From the human T2T-CHM13v2.0 reference genome, Homo sapiens, in the NCBI RefSeq assembly GCF_009914755.1, contig NC_060932.1: DNA of 64,000 nucleotides, one strand, 5' to 3'. Positions 61,630 through 64,000 of this stretch are shown in pieces. Numbering within the stretch: position 1 is the first letter of the stretch; every line of letters begins with the position of its first letter. The notes beneath the pieces are model-generated. The model was not told the DNA's origin and made no database searches. It was given only the letters and a program-made list of their open reading frames with translations. Position numbers and translations under genes: made by a program.

Positions 61630-62297
61630 AAGACAATAAGTGCTAACAGGTATGTGGAGAAATTGGAACCCTTGTGCAATGATGATAGGAATGTGGAATG
61701 GGGCAGCTGCTGTGGAAAGCAATATAATGATTCTTCAAAAAAGTAAACATGGAATTACCACATGATCCAGCAGTTTCAATTCGGGCTGTATATCCAAAAG
61801 AAAGGAGGGTCTCAAGGAGATATTTGTACAGCCACATTCATAGCAGCACTATTCACAGTAACCAAAAGCGGAAGCAACCTAAGCCTTCATCAACACAAGT
61901 GAATAAACAAAATGGATACAAGACGCATTCAAAGGAATGTTTCAGCCTCAAAAAAAAGGCAATTCTAACACATGCTGCAACATGGATGAACCTGGAGGAC
62001 ATTCTGCAAAGTGAAATAAGGCCACCATAAAAGGACAAACACTATGTGATTCCACTTACAAAAGGGCCGTGGAGGAGTCAAGTTCATAGAGACATAGTAG
62101 AAAGGGGGCTGCCAGGGGCTGGGGCGAGGGGATACGTGGAGTTACTGTTAATATGGCACAGAGTTCCAGTTTTACAAGATAAAAACTTGCAGAAATGACT
62201 GATGATGCATTGTGAATGTATTTAATGCCACTGAACTGTACACTTGAAAATGGCTCAGATGGTAAATTTTGTTGTATATACTTTGCCACAATTAAAA
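61630..62297 (+). mobile_element. L1MB2/3-like 3' end
   Basis: gtggagaaattggaacccttgtgc...catgctgcaacatggatgaacc...ccactgaactgtacacttgaaaatgg...ccacaattaaaa. Confidence 0.88.
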
Positions 62298-62929
62298 CAG
62301 TTTTTACAAATACTCTAGATGTTTTTATTTCTTGCTAGCTCTACTACAACTTGAAACACACAAATGAACGAACAAACAAAATCTTTTTCTCTTCCTCACT
62401 TAGGACTGTTGCCCAACTTAAAAAACAAAACCACTGCTAATATATCCACACAGGTGACCCATCTGACTTCAAGATATGCCTCTTATCAGTGTCCTGGCCA
62501 CGCTGACCAGCTGAGGACCAGTCTCAGATGTCACCTAAAAATACTTTAAAACTGATTACTTGCACTTCTACAGCACAGTATGACCATGACCAGGTACAAA
62601 GTTAGTCCTGGTGTTAATGCGCCACAGTGATGCCTGTAATGACAGGGTTTAAAAAGACAACCCCAGTCTCATTAAGGCTGAAATTATTCCAATAAAGGAC
62701 CTGTGTGGTATTTTAAGTCAGAAGAGTGCTCTTTCAAATTCCCCATCCTACGACGTCACCTGTGGTCATGGGGCTCACCACCACCTTATAGCAAGGTCAA
62801 CAGCCTGGTCCTCCCTTTTGGAGCCCAAGTCCCTAGCCCTGCCATGGACCAGTTAACTTGGGCAAGGTATTTACTCTAAAACCCTATACTGTAAATAGTG
62901 TTTATTTTGGTTAGAAAGATGAGGAACAA

Positions 62930-63153
62930 ACTGGGCGTGGTGGCTCATGCCTGTAATCCCAGCACTTTGGGAAGCGAGCGGATCGCTTGAGTGTGGGAGT
63001 TCAAGACCAGCCTGGGCAACATGGTGATACTGAGACTGAGATGGGAGTGTGGCTTGAGCCTGGAAGGCGGAGGTTTCAGGGAGCTGAGATCTCGCCACTG
63101 CACTCCAACCTGGGCAACAGAGCCAGACCCTGTCTCCAAGAGAAAAAAAAAAA
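62930..63153 (+). mobile_element. AluJ (internally deleted) inserted in a MIR (about 62810-63280)
   Basis: Flanks gaggaaca/caggaaca; MIR core on both sides. Confidence 0.8.
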
Positions 63154-64000
63154 TCAGGAACAGCTTTGTGGAAGAAGATACTATGTCATAGGGTTGTTTT
63201 GAGTTAAGAATTAATACATGCCAAGTCTCAGAATAGTGCTTGATGCATATAGTAAGTACGTACTGAATGTTAGATATTAACAGCTTTTTCTGCCTGGCTC
63301 ACTACCTGCCCACAGTGTTGAAGATTTGACTTGGCATTGATGAGGTTCTTCCTCACGAAATTTTCTTCCTTTATATACCTTATCTATTCCTCTTTCCACA
63401 TATATAAATATACAAAACAAACCTTGCTTATGTGTTCAAAATATTAATAAATTCTCCAAATAAAGGTCTAACAATGTTAAAGCAAGTTACAAATATGTCC
63501 CTATGAAATAATTGTTCTCATTGTTGAGTGGAACCAGAAGAAAACTATAGTCACTTTGTAATCTAGTTTTAGGTTGATAATATGCTTGTATAAAAAGGCG
63601 ATCCATATTCAAGAATAAAATTAGGCAAGCTTGTCATCTGAAATACAGTCTGTCTAAAAGTCAAAACATTGTCTAGCACCAAAGAATCTAAAAATGCTTA
63701 TATAAGTTTTTAAGAAAAAATTTCATTATGAAATATCATACATATGTAAGCTTTTGACTGAAAAACGTTCACCACTCTTCAGTTGATGAAGAAAATATTG
63801 AGTATAAATTGTTTATACAACAACCCTTTAAAATCCCCTCACCAAAGATGGACATTAACCAACCATTTCTCATCCTTTCCAAGCAACATTACCAACAAGT
63901 CTTAGTGCACTTGTTACTCTCAGGTCAAAGACCTTTTTTGGTTCCTCTTCATTCATAGAATACATCCCAAACTTTTAAACAAAAAGTATGAAGCCTTGTG

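Overview
Primate (human-type) genomic DNA, rich in Alu, L1, L2, MIR, MaLR/ERV LTRs and DNA-transposon relics. The only credible protein-coding feature is exon 1 of XKR6 (XK-related scramblase family): ATG at 43699, splice donor after 44462, 764 nt of CDS, phase 2, + strand. It lies in a CpG island (about 43.1-45.0 kb) with tandem ETS/GABP, CCAAT, GC-box and YY1 motifs. Positions 1-43,000 are repeat-rich upstream intergenic DNA that includes a full-length MER11 solo LTR. Positions 44,463-64,000 are the start of XKR6 intron 1. All other ORFs in the track appear to be repeat-derived or GC-rich shadow ORFs. I found no convincing new multi-gene system. The best leads are a mirror-symmetric, apparently duplicated bidirectional promoter module; an in-frame stop at the exon-1 donor with nearby intronic poly(A) signals; a strand-skew reversal at about 61 kb; an old L1 with twin-priming geometry; and a four-layer transposon nest that creates an inverted Alu pair. 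Repeat subfamily names come from recalled consensus similarity, not an alignment, and boundaries are approximate unless a target-site duplication (TSD) is cited.
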